64,000 nt of DNA from Octopus sinensis (lineage: Eukaryota). A model generated the notes under the pieces. That model did no database searches. It saw nothing but the letters and a program-made list of their open reading frames with translations, and had not been told where the DNA came from. Positions 24,328 to 37,825 of the stretch are shown in pieces (the first letter of the stretch is position 1; every line of letters begins with the position of its first letter). Both the position numbers and the translations under genes were made by a program. The DNA is taken from the NCBI RefSeq assembly GCF_006345805.1, contig NC_042998.1, forward strand, positions 132,680,001 through 132,744,000, written 5' to 3'.

Positions 24328-27060
24328 CACCCCATATAAGAAGTATCATCATACGTGCCTCACGAGATGGTGAGATTTGTTTTTGTTGGGTAAGTCAGTT
24401 TCGCTGAACCCTTACCTCTCCAAGCCCTTGTACTTGACAGTCATCATGAGGCTAAGCTGAAGCCTGTATTCTAAACAAATGAATCGCTAGCCAGTTTCGG
24501 TGGAGATTGCACTGTTGACAACAGTTAGTTATACCTTTACATCAGGTATTTGTATTTGGCAACGTGGACATGCTTTGGCTTCAGAATCATCGATCGCAGC
24601 AATGGTGACAGAACCCATACCATTTGTAGTATGGTATCCTAGCAACATGGCGTTCTTGGAAATTCTCTATCTATCCTTTGTACGTATACAAACACTGATT
24701 TTATTTCTTCTTTCCGTAAACCTGTTGGCCAATATGCATTGCAACAGCAATCTCTCTGTTTCTCAGCACTACTGACTTGAGAAACAGATATCTATTTAAA
24801 GCTAAGTGAAATGAGTTAGTTACTCAGAGGTGACTTGTCGAGCCTTAGCAAACGTGTACTGAAACATGGGACCTAGTCTACCTTATAGATCAAGGCACTT
24901 CGTTATAATATAATTAGATTGAGAGATGTTCCAGAGGTTAGACTGCTGCTTGGCACAATTTCTTTTCCCTTTGTATTAGCTCTCTTTTTGATAGATATAC
25001 ATATGTATGGTTATATATATATGCATACATATATATATATATATATATATTAGTGCTTTGTAAGACTGGCAGAGCATGCATTATCAACTTCATTTGTCTA
25101 GTGACGTTTTCAACTCCAATCTCATTGAGGTTAACTTTGCTTTTCATCTCTCTAGGTTCGATAAAATAAGCATTAGTCAAGCACTGGAGTCAAGGGTATC
25201 GACTAACCAGTTTCCCTCAAAATGGTTATCCCTGTGCTTAAATTAGAAAAAAAATCTTTAACTTCCTTTCGTGTTGTCCTTCGTTGTTCTGGGATAAAAT
25301 CTCATCACTATTCAATCGGCTACATGCGTTCTTTTCAAAAACACTTGAGCAATTTAACACTCATAATATAGATATTGATTTCTAACAATCTAAACATTTT
25401 GCCAGTTAATTCAAGAGTGCATATATATAATGTGTGTATGTGTAAAATATACATTTGCATTAGTGATGTGGGTGTTCTCCCTCTACTGCTACACCTTAGT
25501 TTTTTTTTCGAAATAGCTGTTAAGAAATGCTATATGGCGCACTTCGATCGATATCCATTGGATATTACATTTCTTGCAAACGTTTGGCACGTTATTAACC
25601 ATACTTTGGTGGCTCTCTACAATCTGTTGTTGGCTTGGAGAAGTGACGATGCCTTGTTTAGCGCTATGGCAGTAAAGTTCTGCTGAAGTGGAGTACATTT
25701 TAAAGCATATTTTAAAAGAGTTCTGAATAAGTTTGATCGGTTGAGATCAGTGCCGTATTGACTGGCGAGAAAACCTGGTCGGACGGAGTGTGAGGTGAAA
25801 AAGCAGGTAGGTATTTAGGTATCAAAGGAGTTTAAATGATTAAGTACGAATGTTTACATCTATGCATGAGAACAAAGTGACAGCGCTCGAAAACTGAATC
25901 TAGAGACAATGTTGGCGACCAAAGCTATGGAAGAAATAAGGCCTGGTGAGCGTTGAAATAAAGTATTACAGACGAAATAGCTGACAGGACATAGTAGCCT
26001 ACCAGAGAGATGCCGTAAAGAAAATGCATAGAACGTTTAAGTTACAGGCATGTCTAATCTGTAATGGAAAACAAAAATCAACGGCAAAATTCTGGGAATA
26101 AAGATGGATTTAAATGTTTGTTATAAGTAAAGTGAATAAGATTTTATATTTGGATCTAAAACAGTCTCACTATACTGATCAGTGTAACAAACCTTAGATG
26201 CTTCACGCATAGCAACTACATATTTTTCTCTACACACACTTCTAATGCGAGTCGGTAAATCGGTGTTTAGTAACGGCCTGTGTTCAAACCTTGCCGATGC
26301 CAACTCTGCTTTTACCTTTCAAAAGTCAATAAACAATAAGTATCAGTCAAAAAATAGCAGTCCATTAAATTAGTATCTAGTTATGTTTCGAGCTCGAATT
26401 CCATTAAAGTCAGCTTTGCCTTTCTTCTTTCCTGGATCGATAAAATATACCAATAATATGCTGAATATTGATTCAGTCAATGATTTCTCAATCCCTTTAA
26501 ATTTGTGGTCTTATGCCGATATTAAACACAAAAAATGTTAAAGTCTCGGATTAAATTATTAAATTGTATTTAGTTCCGTCCCACTACTCGCTACATTCCG
26601 TGCCCAAGTCCCGTCACCAGGTTCGACTTCATTATTTCATTCCTCCAGGGTCAATATATGAAATAACAGTTATTCACTAGTAATTATATTCAATCGACTG
26701 CACCTCGCTTTACAAACGTTGCACATCCGAAGTTCAGAAACCTTTTAATTTTCTGACAAATACAAGGCAGTAAAAGATCGGCTTTCGATCTACCAGCCAA
26801 CGTGTCAACCAAGCCATCTCCGATTGAAATGGCAGAAACGGTGCTGCTATAGCTCTTTATACCTTGTTTTCTGTTATTCTCCTTTACGTTCTCAACGCAA
26901 ATCTCGGCGAGTAAATTCAGCCTTTCGTCCTTCCCTGCAGTCTATAAAATAAAGTACTAGTCATGCACTGAGAAATTGCTGTAATCAACTCCGAAAGAAA
27001 TTCATCGCCTGCTAATGTATTTGAGGATATATTAAGGTTACACAGAATCAAATGCTGATG

Positions 27061-27286
27061 AGGCGGCGAGCTGGCAGAAACGTTAGCGCGTTGGACGAAA
27101 TGTTTAGCGGTATTTCGTCTGCCGTTACGTTCTGAGTTCAAATTCCGCCGAGGTCGACTTTGCCTTTCGGGGTCGATAAATTAAGTACCAGTTACGCACT
27201 GGGGTTGATCTAATCGACTTAATCCCTTTGTCTGTCCTTATTTGTCCCCTCTATGTTTAGCCCCTTGTGGGCTATAAAGAAATAAG
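27061..27286 (+). mobile_element. SINE family A, near full length
   Basis: AGGCGGCGAGCTGGCAGAAACGTTAGCGCG...GTGGGCTATAAAGAAATAAG. Confidence 0.88.
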
Positions 27287-29990
27287 AATCAAAAGCTGAT
27301 GTCGGTCAAGTCCACAGTCCGGTTTCAGTTCCAGGCTTGGCTCCACGACGCTTAACACTACGATGGTAATATCGTTGTGAAAAAAAAATTTTAAAACAAG
27401 TTAGATCACATTTTCCAGTTATTTACTTTTCTCTTATACATCTACATTATTGTATCTTAATCAACCAATGAGCCGCTTCGCTTCATTTGCATCTGTATTG
27501 GGATACAGCTTTGGTAAATGCATGCCAATGTCACTCACATCATCGTATTTCTTTTACTGCTCCCCAACTTCATTCCTTTTTAATCTTATGAATAAGAAAA
27601 GAATTTGTAGCGATGATGAGTTTCACCAGCAGTTGAGTGTTAAAATCTTTCATATGTGTGTATGATAATAAAACCACAAATTTCGTTAAACACAGCTACC
27701 CAGGGTTTCCTGGTCGAAATGATAATTTATTCCGCCATTTTCCAAACTGAGAACAAAGACCGTTTATGTATGTATATATATATGTATTGATGTGCTCTTT
27801 ATATTACGTTATAGCCCTTCTCGGAACGCATTGAACCCTTTGGGGAGTCACGCAACGATGGGAGTTTAATGTGATTTCTAAGAGTCATTACCTGAACGCT
27901 AAACTTATCGCGCACTGAGAATCTCCATTCCCCCTCATAGCAAGTTCACACCCTTATTCTCTCATTATATGTGTGTGAGGTGTCCTTAATCTATCGCCCG
28001 GTTTAACACCACTATTTGGTCTTTGGGTACCTGCTAAACAGAGTGCCCTCTACTACAAGTATTCCTACCAGGTCTTAGGCCTGAAAACTTCCTCAATCAC
28101 AGAAGCATCATCTTACCTTCCCTGATGCAGTACTGAGAAAGAAATTCATTTACGATTAAAACTTTTGACACTCGTCAATCTTACATTCTGCTTTCAGTGG
28201 CCAGTTATTCATCCTCCGCTCAGCTGGACTGGGCGATTTCACAGCTAACGCTAACAATACACTGTTAAGACATAGGATATTAATTGCTCCCTTTTCGACA
28301 GGCTTGCTGGACGCCCTTTTGACTGAAACATCTAAGGGAACCTCTACATCTCGCTCACTCTGCTAGAAACAGCAACCTCAACTCCCTCAAACCACTCACT
28401 GCCGTTTTTGATCAAAGGTCTACTAGATCAGGGCTTTCAGAACCAGGCAAATAACAGCCACTCGTCCGTTAGTCATCAGTATGTTCTTTCATATATATAT
28501 ATATGGTAATACCTTCAGTCTGCTTTAATGTGATTGGATATTTAGATGATCTAAAGCAAAACAAATTTAGTTGGTATGTGATTGACAAGATTTGTTTAAG
28601 AGGAAATTGACCCAACGGTCCGAAACTGACTACATGTTTCCCGGTATTCGCATTTTGAGCTATTTCAGTTCACTTCATCTATAAATATACTCAACAAAAC
28701 TCATCAGTACCTTCTTTTTCCTCCTTCGCTTCATCGTCATTTATAACGTGTGTGTGTGAAGAGTGTGGCCTGACTAGCAAATCTAAAAGCTGGTTTGTTG
28801 TTTCATCTTTGGTATTAGGTAATTAATTGATTGAGCGGTTGAACCCTCGTATATCAAAACTGACGAGGAATACAGAGTCCATTACACACACACACACACA
28901 CACATATACATATACATATCCGTGTGTGTGTGTGTAATAAATGTCTAATATAGATAGATAACTGGTGGATGAAGTGCTGATAGAAACATTAGAGTATCAG
29001 ACCTAACTATCTAGTGATATTTAGTTTCGTTCCTGTGAGTTCAAATTTCGCCTCCAAGTAGCCTCTCTTCTTCATTTTTTTTTTTCTTTTTGTCAGGGTA
29101 AGAAATCTTTGTTTCGAATTTATAATGGTTAAAGGGGTAGAACGGAAGTGTCAGATTAATGAACCTCATAACGTGTACCATCTTTTCTGAATTACCTAGC
29201 TTCTGAGTCGATAAAACCAGGTGTTTAATAAATTAATTGTCTGTCTTCTATATCTGCCCTTCTGCCATTAAAATAGTCAACTTACTCCAAAAAAAAAACA
29301 AAAAAAAAAAATCCATGTCCATTATATGTAAACTATTTCTGTAAGCTATATAACATCATAGATAAATAGAAACTAGAAAGGTATGCTTTCAGTGAATCGA
29401 GTCTTCATCACGGTTTCATTTAACACATATTCATAGATATTTTTTATGTCTCGTCTACATTTTGAAGTAATTGTCGGGAGAAAGTCGAAAATGATTTGAA
29501 AAGGAAGAATGAACGTATCAGCTTCACTTTTTCATCGCTACCACCCACCATCGCTCTTCCCTTACATCATTAGCAAGAGCTGACTGACAGGTGAGCAGAA
29601 ATAAAATATCGCATTTCATTTGAATATTATAAATGATAAATTTAAGTTGTGCAATGAATCGGTCCTTTTGTTTTTAAATTCTGTTTTCTTTGTCTCAAAT
29701 TAAGGAGAGATCATTTTGGAGAGTTCAGAATTCAGATAAAGGATTACGAGATTTGGCAACTTCTTTCAAGACAATTGCACTATAGGAGTTAGGAAAGCAT
29801 CCGTTTTAAACACTGGCGTTGAAAGAACTATGAAAATGTGGTCGCGGATTTGGGTTAAAGTTAGGACTATACATTAACTGCCTGCTTAGCACCGTTGCAG
29901 AGACACAAGTGTAAGCACGCTCATCGTGTCACAATGCCCTACGTTTGGGTTAGGGGGATTTACAGCTGCTTTCTTGGCTGTGGTGTTTTG

Positions 29991-30180
29991 TTTAGGGAGC
30001 TAGGCAAGCACTCAATTCTAAACCAACATATATTATAGATAATGGTGTTTAGGAAGCTAAGCAATTACCCAATCTTGACGATGATGTTTAGGGAGCTAAG
30101 TACACACCCATTAAAGACAAGCGTATACAAATTCTAGACTGATGCTTTTAGGGAGCTAGGCAAATATCTATTCTACACAA
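29991..30180. repeat. Degenerate tandem repeat with 4 copies of TTTAGG(G/A)AGCTA(G/A)G
   Basis: Motif near 29991, 30048, 30087 and 30147 with variable spacing of about 40-60 bp. Confidence 0.6.
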
Positions 30181-32091
30181 TAACAATGTAATGTTATCAC
30201 ATGTGTAACACTAATGAATGTATGTGGACAAAAAAAAAAGCATGTTAATTCAATATCTGAAATAAAACAACGAAATAATACATAGTAAATTAAATAAATA
30301 GTATATCAGCCGTTTATTGACTAATTGTATGCGATCGTTTTACTGGATTCGACTGACTGAATAAATAATTGTAAGAATGATATTTATACTTTTTTTAAAA
30401 ATCTGAATGTACGTTTCTAAAACAAGGGAAGAATATATATATATATATATTTATATACACAAACACACATATATTCGCTGCGATTGCTTTCTCACAAAAA
30501 GCTTGAAATAAAATAAAGGACTTCCTCAGAAGATTTACGTTGTATAACTATTCATATAGTTAGAAATATACAACAGCGAGTTGAAGAAAACGAGACATTC
30601 TTTAATTTGACATCTTGACTTTTGCAACGAAAATATCTTTCTACTAACAACTTCTAATAATAATAATAATCTTATATATTATTAAGAATTGTCACTGGGA
30701 AAGTTCGTAGCATTTAATCTCGGCTCTATTACCCTCTCAGTCCAAATCCCGCTTAGGTCAACTTCGCTTTTCATTCTTCTAGTTCGATAAGTATTCGGTC
30801 GATTTAATCGATTATTCCCGTCTCTCGAACTATCTGACCTTGTGCTCTTGTTAGTAATTATCATTTTGAGGGGTTGAGTGGTCGAATGCAGAGATAACGC
30901 AGCTAAATACCTTGCAACATAAAACTACGTTCCATTAAGTTCTGAGATCAAACTTTGTTGGCTATAATAATTCCAAAATTACTAAGAAAAATTTTTTTAT
31001 TCGTTTTGCTATAATTCCGAAAACTATTCCAAAACTATGTCACTGTGAGACATTACTTTTTTCATTGTCTTTTTTTATATATATATTTTTACCATCCTAC
31101 TTTTTTTCTGTCTCTTTGTTTTCATATTCTCTCTTCTCTTCCATTTCTCTTCTCTCTCTCTTTTCTCTCTCTCTTTCTCTCTCTCTCTCTATCTCTCAAT
31201 CACTTTTTTTTAATCGGTCAAAAACAAAAACCTTTTTAAACCACTCACAAACTTTGCTACTTTTCCAAACGCCAAAACTCACACTCCAATTTCCATAAAA
31301 ATGTGTACAAAGAACGAAAATGGACTAAACACGATTCAAAAACAACAACAACGGCGACAATAGCAACGTCTATAATAAAATAAATTAACAGAAAAAGAGA
31401 GAAAGATATATATATATAATAATAAATATAATGTATTATATATTATAATATATTTTTTCTTAAGAAGAACAAAAGGCAAATAAAAACAAAATGAAGAAAA
31501 GATATATATATAATATATGTGTGTATGTATGTGTGTGTGTGTGTTTGTATATTGTGACTGAAACTGGAACGGTGAGCTTCGCAGACACTAGAAGAGCAGC
31601 GAGCTAAATACTTTGCAGAATTTTTAGTTTCGTGCCTCTGGTTTCTGAGTTTTAAAAAATATATATATAAAAATGTAAAATGTAAAAAAAAAAAATGATA
31701 AATAAAATAAAATAGAAAACAAAAAAAAATTAAAGAAAATCTCACCGCTGTCGGGGTCAACTTTGCCTTTCATCAATCATCCATCCGTGGTCTCTAATGA
31801 TAAACTAAGTACCAGTTATTATTATATTCTAGGGATTGATTCAATTTAACACTTCTTTCATCCCTCCTCCCCTACAAATACTGGCCACAGTGCCATGTCA
31901 AAGACACACACTAAAAAAATTTTTTTTAAACTAATTAAAATTAATCGATAAATGATGACTAAAAAAAGAAAAAAAAAAGACTAAACAAACAGAAGACACT
32001 AGCAAGCAAATTTTGGTTCCTTTAGAGAATGGATATGAAATTGAAAAAAATATATAAAAATATTGAAAAATCATTATCATTATTATTGTTG

Positions 32092-32137
<46 letters not shown>

Positions 32138-32759
32138 GAACGATCATTAAATTATATGGACATATTTTTTTTCTTAACAAGAAAAAAAGGCAACACAAAA
32201 TGAAGAAAAAGAAATGATTTTTTTTTTACAAATTCACTACAAAGCCAAAAAAGATAATTCCAGTAAATAAAACGATGCCATATTGTTCTCTCAATTCACA
32301 CGTAGGGGTCTTTTTTGTTTTTTTTTTGTTTATTAATATTATAATTATAATTATTATTATTATTATTTTTTTTTTTTTGCTTTGTACATAAAAAATAAAA
32401 TTTTCAAAAATTCCCTACGATTTTGTATTATTCCAATTATTGTTTTTTTGTTCTATTTATTTGTTGTTATTGTTGTTTTATTTCCCTCCTACCCCAACCC
32501 CAACAGTGCTGTTTTTATTGGACACTAAGGGTTCGCAAAAAAGATTGAGCAGTTACAGATGATACAATACAATATAATCTACGAGTTAGATAAAAGCGTG
32601 TAAACAATAAAATAACAGGAAAAAAAAAAAGGAAAAATACTCAACCCCGCCCCACTAAAAAAAAGTGAGTGGCGACATTTGAGGATTAGGCGTGGAACTC
32701 CCCACAAAACCTCTGCCACTCTGACCACTAGGGTAAGTACGCTCTCCCTACCTTCCTGA

Positions 32760-33078
32760 CAGGCACTCCGTCGGTTACGACGAGGGTTCCAGTTGATCCG
32801 ATCAACCGAACAGCCAGCTCGTGAAATTAACGTGCATGTGGCTGAGCACTTCACAGACATGCGTACCCTCAACGTAGTTCTCAAGGAGATTCAGTGTAAT
32901 ACAGAGCGTGACAAGGCTGGCCCTCTGAAATGCAGGCACTACTCATTTTTGCCAGCTGAGTGGACTGGAGCAATGTAAAATAAAGTGTCTTGCCTAAGGA
33001 TACAACACTTCACCGGGAATTGAACTCATGACGCTACGATCGTGAGCTGAATACCCTAACCACTAAGCCACGCGCCTT
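32760..33078 (-). mobile_element. SINE family D (tRNA head plus CTT(G/A)(A/G)GCAAGACACTTT central domain)
   Basis: Minus strand GGCGCGTGGCTTAGTGGTTAGGG (A box), GAGTTCAATTCCC (B box), GTATCCTTAGGCAAGACACTTTATTT. Same head and core at 61283. Confidence 0.75.
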
Positions 33079-33439
33079 CACCTACAAGCATACAAGCCTA
33101 CAAACATACGTTCAGAACAAGCCTGTTCACTCAGACCATCCTTGATACTCTCATCTTACATTCAGCAAATTTACTGAAAGGCAGTACTTCTTTTACCACC
33201 TTCACTTTCCTTTACAAGTAAAATTTGAAAAAAAGTTAATGAAGGCGCAGGCGCGGCTGTATGCTAAGAAGCTCGCTTCCCAACCACATGGCTTGGCCAA
33301 AGAGAAATGTGCATGTCTTCAAGCCCTTTCAGTCTCATCTACCGGATAAGTCACCCATACCCGAATACAACCTACTCAACAAGAACTCACTACTTGAATG
33401 GACCATAAACAAAATTTTACTTAAGCAGGATTTAAATAA

Positions 33440-34010
33440 TCCTATCAGGTGGTGCTATTAAGTTAGACATGGCCTGGACGAATCTTTGGTCGAAACATAT
33501 CTAAGTCTATCTAAGTTACCACACAACCACTTTCGCTAAGGTCATCAGGCAGAAATAGATTGCTCGTCCCTCACGATCAAAAAAATAGAGTGGAACGATT
33601 CTCACAAAGGATTCGGCTGATAGCCGGATCCATAACACGTGTTCGTCATAACTCCACAAATAAGCAATGGTCGGGCTTTAACGAATGCGTGAAGAACAGG
33701 TTCGTCACTACGTGCGTCTCGACTAACGGCACTTCCATACCTATTGACTATATCTCGAACCGCCAGTCCCCGCTCCCTCACTTCTTTGTCAGGCAAGATA
33801 TTTCTGGAAATTATTCATGAGCCCAGGCCCAAAAGTTTTCCGAAATAGTCCAAAATCTTCCCGAAAACGTTGTCGCTTCTGCTTACGACTAACCCCCGAC
33901 AGAATGTTCCACCGACCGCGTTCTTCGACTGGCAACGGGTTGTCAGCGTTCGACGACACTATAGGTGCGAGGCACTCTACCTCGGTCTATGCTAAGTCTA
34001 AAAACGAGCT
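33440..34010 (-). mobile_element. Decayed 3' ORF2 region of a Tx1/L1-like LINE
   Basis: Minus-strand reading FRKTFGPGLMNNFQKYLA*, then (frameshift) GLAVRDIVNRYGS...SDEPVLHAFVK, then ...DREGRAIYFCLMTLAKVVVW. Resembles the zf-RVT/CCHC C-terminus of Tx1-clade ORF2 with the cysteines lost. Recognised by eye. Confidence 0.5.
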
Positions 34011-34583
34011 GTGAAAGCGAGTCTGACAAATAATGATCATAGTTGCTCACTTTCAAGGAAATGATGAAGTCGCAGCTTTATCGTTTGTCTGCGCATCATC
34101 CGCCACGGCATACCAAATCCTACATTCAGTGGATATTAACAAAAAATGGTGTTGATAAACAGCACAGTATCAATGGCAGAGTGCAGCCATAAAAGTAACA
34201 CTGACAGTAAGTACAACATTAGCAGTCTCAAATGCAGAAACAGCAGTAAAAACAACAGAAATATCACCAAACAATGGGAACAACAGCAACAAAATCAAAA
34301 GAAACGCTTCTCTCAAGAGCCGTCATATCACCACCAACAGCAGCAACTGAAATAACAAAATCAAAGAGACGGAATCCTACGACACACCCGCTCTTCGCTT
34401 GGAACCACTCAGGCATTTTGTATGGCGAAGGTGACGAAGAAGAAAGCAAATAGCAACAAGTTACAAACATGAAGAATAAAAAAAATAATTTCAACCAAAA
34501 CAGCTGGGTGGTGCAAATAGACGGAAGAAATATCAACGAACAGTGACACACCGGCACCAATCTCCAACAACATCAACAGTGGA

Positions 34584-34776
34584 GGCGCAATGGCCCAGTG
34601 GTTAGAGCAGCGGACGCGCGGTCGTAAGAAGGCAGTTTCGATTCCCAGACCGAGCATTGTGAGTGTTTATTTGAGCAAAAACACCTAAGCTCCACGAGGC
34701 TCCGGCGCGGGGTGGTGAACTCCGCTGTACTCTTTCACTACAACTTTCTCTCGTTCTTTCTTCCTACTTCTGTTAC
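34584..34776 (+). mobile_element. SINE family C (tRNA-like head GGCGCAATGGCCCAGTGGTTAG)
   Basis: A box TGGCCCAGTGG and B box GTTTCGATTCCC. An inverted copy lies at 42056-42256. Confidence 0.8.
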
Positions 34777-35499
34777 AAAGCAGAGGAACTATGGTGTAAC
34801 CCACTATGGTGTGGTAAAATTTCAGACCCTAGTCTAGATTGCCAATCCTTTGTACCCCAGGATGGTTCAGCTCTCCACACGTTAAAAGCCACCGTTTACG
34901 GAATGAGGATAACGCAGCTTTCGCGCCCGTGCAACTGCCAGTCTATCGCGAGTGGTGGGTGGATCTTCAAGTTGCCACACGCATTCTTAGTAGCTTAGAG
35001 TAGGTTCGAATTAGAGATTATTCTTTGTGGCTAATGGTATGAGTCCTGATTGGAAGAAGAAGAAGAAGAAGAAGAAGAAGAAGAAGAAGAAGAATAAGAA
35101 GAAGAAGAAGACAACATCAACAACACCAATACAATCAATATCATTATCCTTTCTACAAAAGGCACAAGGCTGACATTTGCGGGGAGGGGACTGAAAGGCA
35201 AAGTCGACCTCGGCGGAATTTGAACTCAGAACGTAAAGACGGACGAAATGCTGCTAAGCATTTTGTCCGGTGTGCTAACGATTTTTCCAGCCCGCTGTCT
35301 TACCACCAAATACCATTAGCAACCTCATCAACACCATAATCACCACCACCTTCACCACAGAGACAACAATTGTCACAAACACCATAAAAAAGCCATCTAC
35401 CTTAAATACAAATAACAGAGCTAATGAAGCACATACAGCAACATACATATTTTATTACACCAACAAATAACACACCAACACAAAAAAATCATCCAAATC

Positions 35500-36650
35500 A
35501 CTTAAACCATATAAAACGCCATAAAAAATATTCCGACGGAGTAAGAGACCTCGAAGGGAATGTCAATAAACAAAGTCTATAAAAAAAACTGCTGGTGGAA
35601 ACACTCACAGTCAGAGGCGATGAAACACCTGACCTTCCATAAAATTAATATTGCAGTCGAACTTGGCCTTACTCAGAATAGGCAGTGTAAATATACTTAG
35701 CTTGGGATCACCTTGGGATGAGGGCCACTTGCTCAAAGACTTCAAGTCACTAGATATAAATAACCATCAGCGATACTAGAGTTTCCGATCCACAAGTCTT
35801 CACACCAGTCTTCAAGTCAACCGGGATCTGAAAGTGGAGTTGTTAAGTTATTTTAGAAGTGTCTCCTTGGATCCAGTAAGTAATTTGGTGGTCCTAGATG
35901 TGAACAGAAACGATGGGGTTGGTTTCAGACTAGTCTCTGATATTTTTCTAATTATGCTCCAACAATGGCTGGACCACCGGATTTCATCATGCGTCTGAAG
36001 CTTTTCCTGGGAGCATCCCGCTGTTTAGTGCTAGTGGGCGACTGGAGCGCCAACTAGCACTTAACAGCCATCCTGGTTGCACATCTGGATTATGTGGGGC
36101 TAGTTGATACGAAAAAGTGGTGCAAAAGTGTCGGAAAGTAGGCATATAGAAGTAATTGGCACTGATCTAAGGGACTACAAGGCGGTGACAGGAACAAAGA
36201 CCAATTAAGAAAATATGGACCTGCAGCTCAGCACTTGAAGAGATATGTCCATACCTTCCAATAGATTTACGGAGTGCTAGAAAACATACTTGTTAAATTG
36301 TTCGATTCCAGTTTGGCCCAGGCCACCCAAGTGGAAAAACGCGTGGCGAGCAGAGTGACCAGTTTTATTTAGAAATGGGCTGAGAGAAAGCTATCCCTGA
36401 AAGGTCGGTTAGAGGTGGAAAACGCTTACATCACTTCCGTTACATATATTACCGTCTGGCTATCGTGCCTTTTCCCAGTTTACATGTCTCATCAGATTGG
36501 AACATTTAGTCTTTTGTTTTCAGTGGAAATAACGTGTTTCATCGATCAGACATTTCATTTGTTGTCAGCACCCGATGAGTTTCACTGATCAGAAGGTTAG
36601 TGACAGGCAAGAGTCTTCAGTTCGGCATGCTTACACATAGAAAACAATTC
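35500..36650 (+). pseudogene. Internally deleted, decayed Tx1/L1-like LINE: APE endonuclease joined to post-RT region
   Basis: GSVNILSLGS...GHLLKDFKSLDI at ~35681, LVVLDV...FRLV, LVLVGDWSA (GDW at 36037-36045, GDWN-type motif), then WAERKLSLKGRLEVENAYI at 36376 (L1/Tx1 W..R.LSL.GR motif). Many stops and frameshifts. Confidence 0.65.
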
Positions 36651-36822
36651 AGTCTATTTGTGGTTTTGTAGGCCGATGCCATAGCTTTGACTAGGAAATA
36701 GGATGGTTTGAATCACCAGTATTGTGTTGATCTGAAGAGCAAAACTATTGGCACCAATTTGTGGAAACGCAAATTGCATGAGAAAACAACCAAATCTCCC
36801 CCAGGCTACATCCTGCTTTTAT

Positions 36823-36875
<53 letters not shown>

Positions 36876-37173
36876 AGACACATTGGATAATGGGATAATG
36901 TAAATTTAAATATGTTGCATTAGAAAATTAGACGGCTAAAATAATTGATGTGTATTACGTGGGGCTCCCTCAATCATCAGTCCCAGTACAACTGCTCTTG
37001 AGATGAACACAATACCAGTGATACAAACTGTTGTACTTCCTGGTCAGATGTGAAGCATCGACTTATAAAAATCGCAAATAGATTGAAAAAAAAAAACCTT
37101 GCCTCTTCTGTGATGTACGCATGCTGAACTGAAGAATTGAGTAGAAGACTGCCGAGACTCAACTGCATATTAC

Positions 37174-37388
37174 AGGCGGCGAGATGGCAGAAACGTTAGC
37201 ACACCGGACGAAATGCTGAGCGGTATTTCGTCTGTCTTTACGTTCTGAGTTCAAATTCTGCCGAGGTCGACTTTGCTTTTCATCCTTTCGGGGTCGATAA
37301 ATTAAGTACCAGTTGCGTACTGGAGTCAATCTAATCGAGTGGCCCCCTCCCATAAAATTTAGGGCCTTGTGCCTAAAGTAGAAAAGAG
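37174..37388 (+). mobile_element. SINE family A copy with alternative tail
   Basis: AGGCGGCGAGATGGCAGAAACGTTAGCAC...TTTAGGGCCTTGTGCCTAAAGTAGAAAAG. Confidence 0.82.
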
Positions 37389-37774
37389 TATCGTATTTTA
37401 CTATTCTCTGTCGAAGGCGGAGGACACTGGACCGAGTAGTGGGGGTTGACTAACGCTTTCGAGACTTATTTCAAATCTGTGTGTGTGTGTTTCAATTAAT
37501 GTTTAATATTTTTTTATTCTTTTACTTGTTTCAGTTACGTGACTGCGGCCATGCTGGAGCACAGCCTTTAGTCTAAGAAATCGACCCCCAGGACTTATTC
37601 TTTGTAAGCCTAGTACTTATTCTATCGTTCTCTTTTGCTGAACCGCTAAGTTACGGGTACGTAAACACACCGACATCGGTTATCAAGTGATGGTGGTGGG
37701 ACAAACACACAACACACACACGTAAATATATATATACATACATACATACATACATACAAATATACATACATATG

Positions 37775-37818
<44 letters not shown>

Positions 37819-37825
37819 ATATATA

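Noticed and set aside
28600-28890. GACC-CAAC-GGTC-CGAAAC hairpin, a minus-strand CTGATGA and CTGACGAGG
   Set aside because: The pieces do not assemble into one core with a valid NUH site; at most a heavily decayed remnant.
33525-33550. Minus-strand CUGAUGA-CCUUAGC-GAAA
   Set aside because: No stem II pairing, and it lies in Tx1-like coding remnant; likely chance.
34584-34660. tRNA-like sequences with A and B boxes (also 33000-33078, 42190-42256, 61283-61345)
   Set aside because: They continue into SINE bodies and lack a full cloverleaf, so they are SINE heads and not tRNA genes.
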